DNA of 64,000 bases from a virus. Where the stretch lies: positions 1 through 64,000 of IMG/VR virus record IMGVR_UViG_3300010334_000030. One strand, 5' to 3'. Each line of letters begins with the position of its first letter. The stretch's first letter is position 1. The position numbers and the translations under genes were made by a program. The notes under the pieces are model-generated. The model did not search any database and had not been told where the DNA came from. It saw nothing but the letters and a program-made list of their open reading frames with translations. This document shows, one piece after another, positions 37,491-48,790 of this stretch.

Positions 37491-37741
37491 TATACTATAG
37501 CTTCAGTAAGATTTAATTGTTGAAGCACATAGTCTTTCACAACGGTATCATCTACCCCCCATTGATCGATAACCGATTGGGGCAAGACCATGGTTCCCTC
37601 TTTAGAAATGCCATTACCACTCACTGTCCAAAGAATCGTAATTTCAGTAGGAAATAGTGAAAATGGATTTACTATTATTTCTAATTGATCAACTAATTGT
37701 GTTAAAGGAAGTTGAACATAACTTGTAGGTGTAATTTGCAT
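37490..37741 (-). CDS. small fibre-associated protein
   Basis: Start at MQITPT; WGVDDTVVKDYVLQQLNLT. Confidence 0.65.
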   Translation of the reverse strand: MQITPTSYVQLPLTQLVDQLEIIVNPFSLFPTEITILWTVSGNGISKEGTMVLPQSVIDQWGVDDTVVKDYVLQQLNLTEAIV

Positions 37742-37751
37742 ATTGATTGAT

Positions 37752-38465
37752 TTATTTATAATAAATGTTAATAATAAGATCATTAATACCAACTGATGTA
37801 GTACCAGTATCTGTCAAATCAGTAACTGTGGAGATTCCTATTCCGTTACTAAAGTCTATACCATTAGGAAAACTTACGTTAGTTGCAGCAAGACCTGGAA
37901 TAACTATAGCTGAATGCAATGCTGTTGTATTTAATACCGGTGGATTTGCAGCAGAATTGTAGAAGTTTACTTTTCTAGATGAAGCATTAGAATTGTATAT
38001 GTACCATCCTGTTACTTTTCTTTGCCCTGATACTATAAGTTGAGCATTAGTTCCAGTTGCAGAGACGAAGTGAAATGTACTATCTCCACCAGTAGCCGAA
38101 GAAGCTAATGCTACATATAAAGGATTAGTGGAACCTACTGCTGTACCGCCTTGATAATTCTCAGCCTGCGTTTTAAGGTTTGTAGCAGTACTTTGAACCA
38201 CTGTGGCATTCAAGTTGGCTGCTGTGGCTTGGGATGCTATAAAAGAAGTGTTTGTAATAGATCCAATAGCATTTGTTCCAGCGCTCAGACCAACAGTCCA
38301 GGAGCCAGATTGAGTAGAGGCAAAGGATGTATTACTTATTGATCCTGATATATTGGCAGACACAGTTCCTGTAACTGTGATAGCTGATTGATCGTTAGCT
38401 ATGACTACCGGTGCTGAATTTGCACTAGATGTTTGACCGTTGGGATTATTTGGATTGTATGCCAT
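37752..38465 (-). CDS. Ser/Thr-rich virion protein
   Basis: GQxxSANSAPVVIANDQS and AGTNAIGSI repeats typical of phage fibres. Confidence 0.7.
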   Translation of the reverse strand: MAYNPNNPNGQTSSANSAPVVIANDQSAITVTGTVSANISGSISNTSFASTQSGSWTVGLSAGTNAIGSITNTSFIASQATAANLNATVVQSTATNLKTQAENYQGGTAVGSTNPLYVALASSATGGDSTFHFVSATGTNAQLIVSGQRKVTGWYIYNSNASSRKVNFYNSAANPPVLNTTALHSAIVIPGLAATNVSFPNGIDFSNGIGISTVTDLTDTGTTSVGINDLIINIYYK

Positions 38466-38480
38466 GATTTATATATTTGA

Positions 38481-40154
<1,674 letters not shown>

Positions 40155-40198
40155 TTATGAGTTTCTTTTTTCACTGTCCAAAAGAGAACCTTTGCCCT

Positions 40199-41545
40199 TT
40201 ATATATTAAAGTTTGCTGCTATTCTAATACCATACTGACTATTTTTCGATTCTAAGCTTGGCACCATATCGTCGTAGTGGTAATAAACTCTCCATGCTCC
40301 ATTAGGGTTAGGTTCTTCCCCTCCATTTGTTTCGCTTGAAGTCCAGTAATAATAATATGGATTATACGCATCACCAATTGCATCTAGCCTTTTATTAAAA
40401 AAATCTTTATGGTCACTTATATAAGTGTGATAAGAAAGAGTTGGCAAAAATGCATCCGGATATCCTGCAAGGTTTCCATAAGCTCTAGCAGCCCATGCAG
40501 CAGTTGCTTCATAGTTAGGATATCCTGATGAGTATGCAATAATAGTATCGGTATTACTCTTACCTGCTGTTATGTCATTAGATGTACCCAATTCTATCAA
40601 AGGAGCTTCTGGCTGTGTCCAGTCCATATTACCAGCATCGGAAGACCAGCCTAAATCAACTATTCCATCGGCATGACCATTTTGGAGATTATTTATCGTT
40701 ATGATAGTACCGCCACCGTAAGACTGTCCAACAAATAGAGGATTATTTTTTTTATATCTCACAGCAAACTTACTGTACATGTAGGCTACTTCTTGCGCTG
40801 ACAATACTCTGTTATACATCATTGCTATAGACATCATTCCGTACATGTAGTTGTGATTTTCAAAAACCTCTAGAAAATCACCTATTTTAACTATTTGATC
40901 ATTTTCAGTGCCGTATAGAGGGGTGGTATCATCATAATTAGATGCCTCTAAAATACCATCTATATAAAGACTCCATCCAGCATCTACAGACCAGGTAACG
41001 CAAACAAAATACCACGTGCCAGGAAGTATTGGATGATTTTTATCTCTATCTGTTTTAACACCTCCTCCTCCGTTATTATTTGCCCATATGTTTGCGCCAT
41101 CATACCATAGCCTATGTGGGGATCCTGCATTTGTAATAGTACCACTAAGAATGTCTTGTATGAAAGATTGGCCATAGTTAGGTCCTGAGTTATAACCTAT
41201 ACTATTAAAATTAACCCAAACACATTTGCTATAACTTGTGTTTGGAAACTCGACGCCAGTAATAGGGGCTGGCCGATCTCCTTCAAATGTTAAAGCCCCA
41301 ATACTTTTCTTTCCATTGTCCGCGTAACCCCAAGTGTCCATCCCAGCTGAAACGTTAAAAGCAGTGTTTCTTCCCCGTCCGCTTAAATCATACCACTCAT
41401 GTGTGGTAATAGAAGAATCAGTCCATGAATAGGGGTTTCCTGCATCAAGGTATAAGATTAGCCCATCCGTTATAGGATCTATTTGGTTAGCCCCAACGGT
41501 AACTCTGCCAGTAAGATTAGCGCTGCCTGCAATGTTTACACTCAT
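40199..41545 (-). CDS. LamG/concanavalin-like domain protein
   Basis: [45 protein letters not shown]; ATGA coupling at 41545. Confidence 0.85.
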   Translation of the reverse strand: MSVNIAGSANLTGRVTVGANQIDPITDGLILYLDAGNPYSWTDSSITTHEWYDLSGRGRNTAFNVSAGMDTWGYADNGKKSIGALTFEGDRPAPITGVEFPNTSYSKCVWVNFNSIGYNSGPNYGQSFIQDILSGTITNAGSPHRLWYDGANIWANNNGGGGVKTDRDKNHPILPGTWYFVCVTWSVDAGWSLYIDGILEASNYDDTTPLYGTENDQIVKIGDFLEVFENHNYMYGMMSIAMMYNRVLSAQEVAYMYSKFAVRYKKNNPLFVGQSYGGGTIITINNLQNGHADGIVDLGWSSDAGNMDWTQPEAPLIELGTSNDITAGKSNTDTIIAYSSGYPNYEATAAWAARAYGNLAGYPDAFLPTLSYHTYISDHKDFFNKRLDAIGDAYNPYYYYWTSSETNGGEEPNPNGAWRVYYHYDDMVPSLESKNSQYGIRIAANFNI

Positions 41546-42693
41546 ATAAGTCTTGCTCCAATTTTTATTATCCAATCACTGGTACCTGTTACATTCGAAT
41601 ATAATGAAATGCCAGTGCCACCGTTATTTACCACAGTAAAAGAAACTTCAGACGTTCCTGTTGTTCCTGCTGCATCCGGCGTGGATGTGTCAGTCCACCT
41701 TACGTCTCCTGCCGCATTCCAAGCAGCCATCACTGTTCCTGCTCTAAAACTTGACATTTCATCATCTATATGATAGTCAAAATAAGCCGCATGATAATTT
41801 CCAGAAGATATATCAAAACCTATTAGTAGAGACGGGGAAATAGCAGTATTAACAAGTGATGTAATAGTATTAATATAATATGTCCCATTAGAATTAACTG
41901 CAAATGCAGGATTGCCTTGTATTTGGCCAACAGAGAGGATATTCCCATTAGTCCCTGTATCTCCAGTTAATGTAAACACAGTTCCAGAAGCTCCAATCAC
42001 ATTGACTATATCCCCCGATGTTCCGCCAGCAGCACCAATCTCCAGAAGAGTGCCGTCAAATGTCATATTGGCCTCTGCATTGGCAGCATTAGTAGTCCCA
42101 TCGGATGTTAAAATCCGGGTTGCACCTGGATTAGAGATTGTATCAAATCCAGGACCTTGTGGTCCTGTCTCCCCTGTTGATCCAGTAGCTCCAGTTGATC
42201 CTGCAGTTCCGGTAGCTCCTGTAGCTCCTGTAGCTCCAGTTGATCCAGTTGATCCAGTTGATCCAGTAGCTCCAGTTGATCCAGTTGATCCAGTTGATCC
42301 TGTAGCTCCAGTTGATCCAGTTGATCCAGTTGATCCAGTAGCTCCAGTTGATCCTGCAGTTCCGGTAGCTCCTGTTGATCCTGCAGTTCCGGTAGCTCCT
42401 GTAGCTCCAGTTGATCCAGTTGATCCGGTAGAACCTGTTGATCCTGTTGATCCTGTTGATCCAGTTGATCCAGTTGATCCAGTAGCTCCTGTAGGACCTA
42501 TAGGACCTCCTGCAGGGCCAGTTGGACCTATTGGTCCAGTAGGACCCGTGCCACCTCCACCTCCGCCGGAAATCGTTATCTCATCGCCCAGACCATTGTA
42601 AAAATTACCAAATCCATCAGTCTGTAAAACGTTCTGAAATGTGAATGAGATCTTTTGGTCGGTGAGGTTATAATTTGGATTATTACCTGACAT
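41542..42693 (-). CDS. collagen-like (G-X-T) fibre protein
   Basis: About 44 consecutive G-X-Y triplets; 9-bp tandem units at 42160..42550. Confidence 0.85.
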   Translation of the reverse strand: MSGNNPNYNLTDQKISFTFQNVLQTDGFGNFYNGLGDEITISGGGGGGTGPTGPIGPTGPAGGPIGPTGATGSTGSTGSTGSTGSTGSTGSTGSTGATGATGTAGSTGATGTAGSTGATGSTGSTGSTGATGSTGSTGSTGATGSTGSTGSTGATGATGATGTAGSTGATGSTGETGPQGPGFDTISNPGATRILTSDGTTNAANAEANMTFDGTLLEIGAAGGTSGDIVNVIGASGTVFTLTGDTGTNGNILSVGQIQGNPAFAVNSNGTYYINTITSLVNTAISPSLLIGFDISSGNYHAAYFDYHIDDEMSSFRAGTVMAAWNAAGDVRWTDTSTPDAAGTTGTSEVSFTVVNNGGTGISLYSNVTGTSDWIIKIGARLI

Positions 42694-42694
42694 C

Positions 42695-43522
42695 TTATCT
42701 TCTGCTTAAAGATGGTGATTGAATTGAAACCCTTTTGTAAGTACCGACTCTGAATGGACTTTCCCAGGGGATAAAAACAACATCATCTACTATTATTTCT
42801 AAAAAAGCTGTTCCTGTTGTTCCTTCTGGAAGCACAGTTAATTTCTTTAATGGAACTTGACAAGTTCCATCTTTTCTTATAGAACCATCAAATGTTAAGT
42901 TCCAAACATCTGTCTTTAAAAATAATCTAGCTTTGTTGCTTTCCTGACTTCCCCCTTCGATGTTAACTTTACATTCAAATGTTTCATCAGAATCTCTATG
43001 AAAAATATACTCTTTTCTTCTTATAATTGGGCCTAAAGATTCAGGCTCATCATATCTTGTTGTATTGCGAACTGGTTCGCTTTCTTCATATCTTGGAGTT
43101 TCCCTGGGTCCTTCATTAACTGAAGATTTAGCGGGGATTGAAGAAAATTCAGATTCACTTTCCATAAGAAGAGCTTCCTGGAAAGGACTAAGTTTTCTAG
43201 TCTCGCTAATAGGTTTCTTTTTCTTGATTGGAGGAGCCTGTGGTTTTTTCTTTTGAGGGATCCTCTCAGAAATGTCTTGAGACTTCGTTTCTTTTAGAAC
43301 CTCATTTATATTTTCTAAAGTAGAATCTATAGAAGGGTGAACAGGGATTTCCCGTTTTTCCTGTATTGGTTCTGGTGCAGGTGCTGGGATTTGCTTAGGT
43401 GCCGAATTTTCGATGAAACGGGATCCAAGTGTGGATCTAATAAGTCCCTCTACAGAATTGTGACTTTGCACGTTTCTGTTGCCCATTCCTAAATTTTTGA
43501 TATATCCTCCTATTACGCTCAT
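42695..43522 (-). CDS. hypothetical protein
   Basis: Long ORF with a disordered middle and a C-terminal beta domain. Confidence 0.75.
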   Translation of the reverse strand: MSVIGGYIKNLGMGNRNVQSHNSVEGLIRSTLGSRFIENSAPKQIPAPAPEPIQEKREIPVHPSIDSTLENINEVLKETKSQDISERIPQKKKPQAPPIKKKKPISETRKLSPFQEALLMESESEFSSIPAKSSVNEGPRETPRYEESEPVRNTTRYDEPESLGPIIRRKEYIFHRDSDETFECKVNIEGGSQESNKARLFLKTDVWNLTFDGSIRKDGTCQVPLKKLTVLPEGTTGTAFLEIIVDDVVFIPWESPFRVGTYKRVSIQSPSLSRR

Positions 43523-43524
43523 AA

Positions 43525-43893
43525 TTATCTATTGGAAGACCAGTCTCTGTAGTCTTTTAAATTTTGAAGATTCTTCTTTCCCTTTCTTCTTTGCTTAGAA
43601 TCCGGGTCTAAAAATGGAACTATTTTTCCAGGACCATGGGGTTTAAAAATAGGCATGGTCTTTGATGGAATTGGTTCCAAGCTCATTGGCAAATCTTTGA
43701 TCTGTTTTTCATCAACCAATCCCTTATGCTTTGTAGAAGCAAAATCCTTCAGCTGCTTCTTTGTCATCTTTTTAGACAAAGCAACGATCTCATCCCTATA
43801 TTTTGGATTAAGATCAGATGGTTGAATATCCCCGGTTTTTATACCGTAGGCAAGTCCCATTAGTCTCTGTTGTGATTTTGTAACTGCTGGCAT
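43525..43893 (-). CDS. DUF3008-like phage protein
   Basis: MPAVTKSQQRLMG...MTKKQLKDFASTKHKGL; GATATATA upstream. Confidence 0.75.
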   Translation of the reverse strand: MPAVTKSQQRLMGLAYGIKTGDIQPSDLNPKYRDEIVALSKKMTKKQLKDFASTKHKGLVDEKQIKDLPMSLEPIPSKTMPIFKPHGPGKIVPFLDPDSKQRRKGKKNLQNLKDYRDWSSNR

Positions 43894-43927
43894 AGTTTTC
43901 TTTCTTGTATATATCATAAAAAAAGAC

Positions 43928-44170
43928 CTAAAGATATAGGTCTTTTTTCTTTTTTTTCCATTCAGAATCGCTAATAGGTTTAGAAGAAAGACCCCAGTTT
44001 TTATCGGGATCTATAATTTTCTTCTTATTTTTATGCCAATCATTGAAAGTCCAGACGAATCTATTGTAGGCTTTTCCTACTGTTTTAAATCCGGTATCCC
44101 CTGGTTGGATAGCAATTGGGGATTGTGGTGGTGCATATGATCCAATTTCTGCACTTTTAGTTTTGGACAT
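43928..44170 (-). CDS. hypothetical basic protein
   Basis: ORF overlaps the upstream stop. Confidence 0.6.
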   Translation of the reverse strand: MSKTKSAEIGSYAPPQSPIAIQPGDTGFKTVGKAYNRFVWTFNDWHKNKKKIIDPDKNWGLSSKPISDSEWKKKKKDLYL

Positions 44171-44381
44171 CTTCGTTGCTGATGACAGCCTCTATTTTTG
44201 TTTTTGAGATGTTAGTGGTCTCAAATCCACCCACTGTACCATCAAGATACTTGGCCACTTTGGTTTCCACCTCTATGACAGATTCTCCCGATACAAGGAA
44301 TTCGATCTTTTTGAAAACCGGATCTCCGTTTTGTTTAACATCACCAGTCTCGAAATTTACTTTTACTAAGTAGTAACTCAT
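44157..44381 (-). CDS. DUF4494-like protein (Bacteroidota type)
   Basis: YYLVKV...G...KIEFLVSGESVIEVE...FETTNISKTKI pattern. Confidence 0.65.
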   Translation of the reverse strand: MSYYLVKVNFETGDVKQNGDPVFKKIEFLVSGESVIEVETKVAKYLDGTVGGFETTNISKTKIEAVISNEDVQN

Positions 44382-44404
44382 TTAATTTAGGTTTTAAAGG
44401 TTTA

Positions 44405-44584
44405 TTAATTTACTTTCTTTTTAGCATCTTGAACTTCAACTCTTAAATCTTGAGCCATTTTCTTAAGATCTTGCATGGCTTGTCTAACCCTGGTTCCTGC
44501 TGAAGAATTACCTTTTTCAAAAACCTTAGTGATGTCTGGTTTTAAGCTCTCCAGCAGAGCCTGCATTTTTTCAAACGTTTCCAT
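44405..44584 (-). CDS. histone H1-like Hc1 nucleoid protein, 59 aa (not in the ORF track)
   Basis: My translation: METFEKMQALLESLKPDITKVFEKGNSSAGTRVRQAMQDLKKMAQDLRVEVQDAKKKVN; GNxxAGTRxR signature. Confidence 0.85.
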   Translation of the reverse strand: METFEKMQALLESLKPDITKVFEKGNSSAGTRVRQAMQDLKKMAQDLRVEVQDAKKKVN

Positions 44585-44637
44585 AATTAATTGTTTTTTT
44601 TAATCTATATTATATGTGTCAAAAAACCCTTTGTTTC

Positions 44638-45177
44638 CTATCTGCTAATTAACACCGAATTTTTTGTAGATCCCTCTTGAACTCTCCAATTTTCACCTAG
44701 ATATGAAATAACTATAGATTTCATATATTCAATATAGGTTCCTTTACCTTGGAAAGAAAGATTTTGTTGGATTTCATCGTAGATTCTACTCACCTTTGGA
44801 TTCAATTCCAAATAATTCAAAATACATTTAGAACAAATTTCCATAAGTCTAGAAACTTCACCGCCTGAAGCTTCGAATTTTTCATCATGCTGATCAGGAA
44901 TCTCCTCTTTGTCAATTGCAAGATCCTCTATAATTTCCGGAGAGATTTGATTTAGAGCTAAAACGCAATATGAATTTTTAGCACCTGTGATCATTTCTTT
45001 ATCTGAATATTTTCCTATGGTTAAATGATATCCCATATGGCCTTTCTCATCTTCGCTCTCTATATTAAAGAAGTAGTGGTAAACATCACTAACTTTTTTT
45101 AGTAAAAATGGCGAAGTTCCAAATCCATCAGATTCATAAAGACCTGAATTGAATTCATTAAATCTTAATATTTTCAT
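44638..45177 (-). CDS. hypothetical protein with CTS-like N-terminus
   Basis: MKILRFNEFNSGLYES. Confidence 0.75.
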   Translation of the reverse strand: MKILRFNEFNSGLYESDGFGTSPFLLKKVSDVYHYFFNIESEDEKGHMGYHLTIGKYSDKEMITGAKNSYCVLALNQISPEIIEDLAIDKEEIPDQHDEKFEASGGEVSRLMEICSKCILNYLELNPKVSRIYDEIQQNLSFQGKGTYIEYMKSIVISYLGENWRVQEGSTKNSVLISR

Positions 45178-47242
45178 CCTCTTGTTTATTATTTTTAGAT
45201 TTTTTTAGTGCTCTTCTTTTTGGTTTTTCCCCTTCTGTTAGACTTTCAGCGCTTGGTTTTTTTAATTCATCAGATTCTTTAAGTTCAACATCATTTAATG
45301 CAGTAACGAAAGACTGATAGAAAGATGCAACAGAAGCAGGAACCATTTTTTTAAATCCCAGAAAATCCTCATTTTTCAACTTCTCTCTCACGTCAGTAGA
45401 GGATGCAGATCTTGGAGTTTCTATGATTTTTATTTCTTGTGGGAAATCACTTCCGTGCTTTTTGAGATACTCTTCTTGTTTTTTATAGTCATCAACTCTA
45501 TCATCGCCTGCACCTATAGCTTTTATAATAAATCCATGTTCTTTAGCTGCACCATAAGCAATTCCTAATAATCCTCTGTTTACTATATAAAAACCTTTTA
45601 TTAAACTCTCTTTCTCTCTGACTAAACTCTCCATATATTTTCTAACTAAATCCAAACTAAATGGAGATTTTTTAGACTTACTGTGCCCTGGGTGAACTAC
45701 TGCTATTATACAAGGGAGATTGTTTTTCTCCTTCATAAAGGTAGCCATTTTTAAATGACCATTATGGAAAGGCTGAAATCTTCCAAGAATAACATTTACC
45801 GGTTCAAGCTCTTTCTTTTCCTCTTTATCTTCCTTCTTCTCATCCTTCTTAGAATCTTCAGTGAGTTTAGGTTTTCTTGATGTGTCTATTTTTTCAATAG
45901 CTGAAATAAATTCATTATATGAATAGAATTCTCCATCTTCCTCGTTTTCGACCTCACTAACATCTTCACTCTCGACAGTTAAATAATCTATCTTTCTTCT
46001 TCCCAGACTCTTTTTAAAGTCTAAAAATGAAGGTAAAGAAACAGACTCTGAAACATTCTTCTCTTTCTTTCCTGATATTCTTTTCTCCAACTGAGAAACT
46101 AGAGAATTGAATTGATCCATAATCGATTGTGTGATTATTCCACCTGGTCTCTTTTTTATCTTTCTGAAAGAATTAAGAATCAGCTTAAATAGGGATTCAA
46201 ATGATTCATCAAGATCAACATACTTTAAAACACGTTTGTCTTTGATCATTCCCTTGTTTAACCTAAAGTCATCTCTCTTAAGATACTCCGGTTCTTGGAA
46301 ATCTGCATTTTTATATTTAGAAGAATACTCGTCAAGAAATTTAGAAAAAACATCAGACATAAAAGAAACATATCTTTCGTCTTCAGTTTCACCGTCCATT
46401 GAGAATGAATCTACACCATTCTCTAAGATGAAATTCATAACGTCTAATATAGCTATACCTAAGAAATCACTCGGCTTATCCTCTCTTTTCTTCTTGGCCT
46501 TAGATTTAGCTAGCTCAGTGAAAACCGGATTTACCATCTTAGATAAAACTGGTTCGCCTTCTTCAACATCCTTACCAAATCTAAATACTATACCTTCGAT
46601 AGGTTTTTCTAAATCGTGGTTTAAAGCAGTAGTTTTAAGCTCAGGATTAAGAACCCCAATTATGAATGCAACAAAGCTTCTAGTTTTATATTCATTCACA
46701 AGGTCTTCAAATGGGGTTTGAAGAAAATTCATAATCTGAGATTTTTGATTTTCATCAAGTTCTCCCTGGAAAATTATCGGAGGTCTTTCAACACCAATAA
46801 GATCTGCCCAAGTATCAAGCTTCTCTTTATCTTGTATAGTACCCTGTGCATTTCCACTTAAATCTTTTCTGTGAACATAGGAAAGGATAAGATTGTTTTT
46901 AGGAACCCTATCGTAAACAATTTCAACTGGATTATTACTTGAAAAATACTCTAAGCCAAATCTCCATCCTCTAGGGATCTTTTGAATTACGTGAGGAGGA
47001 AGAGACTCGATATAGTTTATAGGCTTCTCGTAATATTTCATAAGAGTTCTATCAACGAGTGTAATTGGATTTCTTTGATCCCTTTTGTAAAAAAGAAATT
47101 TACCAGTTTCAATATCTCTTTCAAAAATAAATGCAGAACCATCCATCTTCTCATTCACAGTCACGTATGAGTTCAAAAGCTTATCTACGAATTCCTTGCC
47201 CTTCTTGTTATAGAGATCATATAAATGAACGATTCCTGACAT
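45158..47242 (-). CDS. fusion of an RNA-ligase-like nucleotidyltransferase and a HIGH-motif (NMNAT/cytidylyltransferase-like) domain
   Basis: EKMDGS, FGLEYF, EGIVF, KMVNP (ligase motifs I, III, IV, V); GRFQPFHNGH, GDDR, SSTDVRE (HIGH NTase). Confidence 0.8.
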   Translation of the reverse strand: MSGIVHLYDLYNKKGKEFVDKLLNSYVTVNEKMDGSAFIFERDIETGKFLFYKRDQRNPITLVDRTLMKYYEKPINYIESLPPHVIQKIPRGWRFGLEYFSSNNPVEIVYDRVPKNNLILSYVHRKDLSGNAQGTIQDKEKLDTWADLIGVERPPIIFQGELDENQKSQIMNFLQTPFEDLVNEYKTRSFVAFIIGVLNPELKTTALNHDLEKPIEGIVFRFGKDVEEGEPVLSKMVNPVFTELAKSKAKKKREDKPSDFLGIAILDVMNFILENGVDSFSMDGETEDERYVSFMSDVFSKFLDEYSSKYKNADFQEPEYLKRDDFRLNKGMIKDKRVLKYVDLDESFESLFKLILNSFRKIKKRPGGIITQSIMDQFNSLVSQLEKRISGKKEKNVSESVSLPSFLDFKKSLGRRKIDYLTVESEDVSEVENEEDGEFYSYNEFISAIEKIDTSRKPKLTEDSKKDEKKEDKEEKKELEPVNVILGRFQPFHNGHLKMATFMKEKNNLPCIIAVVHPGHSKSKKSPFSLDLVRKYMESLVREKESLIKGFYIVNRGLLGIAYGAAKEHGFIIKAIGAGDDRVDDYKKQEEYLKKHGSDFPQEIKIIETPRSASSTDVREKLKNEDFLGFKKMVPASVASFYQSFVTALNDVELKESDELKKPSAESLTEGEKPKRRALKKSKNNKQEDENIKI

Positions 47243-47267
47243 AATTTTATTTTAAAACTTTATTACT

Positions 47268-48197
47268 TTATATTGTATTTATTTCACTCGGAACTGGTAA
47301 TCCAACTCTAGTTAGATATTCCAAAAATTTAGTTTTGATGTGAGGAAGCTGATCTCTCAATTCAAAATTAGGCGATGTGATAATCTTAAACACATCCTCA
47401 AATGTTTTAACGTCATTCTGAGAGTATCCCTGACCTAATGCGAAATCTATAAACTCCTGGGGATTATTAGTTACGAATCTTTCACTACCCGGAATTTTAG
47501 CTGCATTTTTAAGTCTTGCTTTAATCTTTCCTCTGTATGATTTAGTGTGCCAGAATAGTCCATCACTTAAAATCAGTACTGGTGTTTCGTAATCCATAAC
47601 CTGACCTTCATCATCTGTGTTTATAACTTCGGCTCTAGCTGATAATATAGCTGCTAATAACCAGTTACGGTGAGCAGATTTATATTTGCTTTCACCCTTT
47701 TTGTAATCAGGAGAATAGTAGATAAACTTAGACCATGTCATATCTGATAAAGGAATAAGATCTAACTGAACCTCACCTTTACCTGGATCTCCTTCTATTG
47801 GCCAGCCTAAACTAACTATATTAAGTCCTGACATTAATCTGATCTCCGGTTTAAATCCAAGAGATTCCTCTAGCTCAGCATCGAGTATATCAAAAACTCT
47901 CTTAGCACATTCCTTATATCCAATCCCCTCTTTTTGGGAAAACCAATTTCCATTATACCCAATATCAAGGTCACCAGACGTATCGTCTGGATTTTCTTTC
48001 TTCCCTATACTTCCAATAACAACATAATTGGTTCCTTCTGAATTTGGATCTATCTCTAATAGAGGGAATAATATATTTTTAATGTTTTCCATTGTTAAAG
48101 AAAATTCAGCCTCTCTAATTCTTCTTGAGCTTTTTATAGCAGCACCGCCCTCGAAGATTTTAGAGAATCCAGAAAAATTTAAAATCTTACTTTTCAT
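47268..48197 (-). CDS. pol-beta-superfamily nucleotidyltransferase with CTS-like N-terminus
   Basis: IGSIGKK...SGDLDIG (GS...DxD) and VQLDLI third acidic residue; MKSKILNFSGFSKIFEG. Confidence 0.75.
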   Translation of the reverse strand: MKSKILNFSGFSKIFEGGAAIKSSRRIREAEFSLTMENIKNILFPLLEIDPNSEGTNYVVIGSIGKKENPDDTSGDLDIGYNGNWFSQKEGIGYKECAKRVFDILDAELEESLGFKPEIRLMSGLNIVSLGWPIEGDPGKGEVQLDLIPLSDMTWSKFIYYSPDYKKGESKYKSAHRNWLLAAILSARAEVINTDDEGQVMDYETPVLILSDGLFWHTKSYRGKIKARLKNAAKIPGSERFVTNNPQEFIDFALGQGYSQNDVKTFEDVFKIITSPNFELRDQLPHIKTKFLEYLTRVGLPVPSEINTI

Positions 48198-48756
48198 AGG
48201 GCCTTAATCTGTCATAATATCTTTCCATAGCTCCACTTAAATAGTCGCTGTAAACTCTTTCGTCTCCATTCTTAGGATTTTCCGGGTCGTATCCCTTGCC
48301 AAAATAACCTTTCCCTTTTAAAACACCAGAGGTGTAGAAATCTTGGGCATCCTTTTGGGTTACATTTTTTCCTTTAATGTTTTTAGCTTCCCAGCTATCT
48401 AAAACATCATCTTTCTTCTGCTCCACTCTATCTTTAGACATCTTAGCAAATGTGTCTTTATTATCCCCAGTTGAGAAGAAATCAGCTACGGCAGCACCAG
48501 CACTGAATATCAATCTACCAAATAAAGAAAAAACATTTTTTGCTATGTTAACAGGATCTTCCCCACTATTTTGATAAGAATCTCCCTTTCTATATTCAAT
48601 GTCACTTCTAAGACCAGATGACATTCCCCTCATCCATCTGCTAAATTTGGTTTTTCCTTTATCAGATGGTGCATATTCTGAAGATCTCCCTCTTGAATAA
48701 TACCTGCTAGATTCACTAATGGATTCAGAAAAAGCCTCGAATTTTTTAATTCTCAT
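48187..48756 (-). CDS. hypothetical protein with CTS-like N-terminus
   Basis: MRIKKFEAFSESISES; GATATATA at 48777..48784. Confidence 0.75.
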   Translation of the reverse strand: MRIKKFEAFSESISESSRYYSRGRSSEYAPSDKGKTKFSRWMRGMSSGLRSDIEYRKGDSYQNSGEDPVNIAKNVFSLFGRLIFSAGAAVADFFSTGDNKDTFAKMSKDRVEQKKDDVLDSWEAKNIKGKNVTQKDAQDFYTSGVLKGKGYFGKGYDPENPKNGDERVYSDYLSGAMERYYDRLRPYEK

Positions 48757-48790
48757 TGGGAACTTCTATTTTTCTATATATATCCCCTGG

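Noticed and set aside
41912-42601. Plus-strand 229-aa PVD/PVA-repeat ORF (also 38839..39237)
   Set aside because: Antisense shadow of the G-X-T collagen codons; no independent start context
46131-46721. 196-aa plus-strand ORF and other short antisense ORFs in the track
   Set aside because: Fully nested antisense to well-supported genes, with no recognisable motifs
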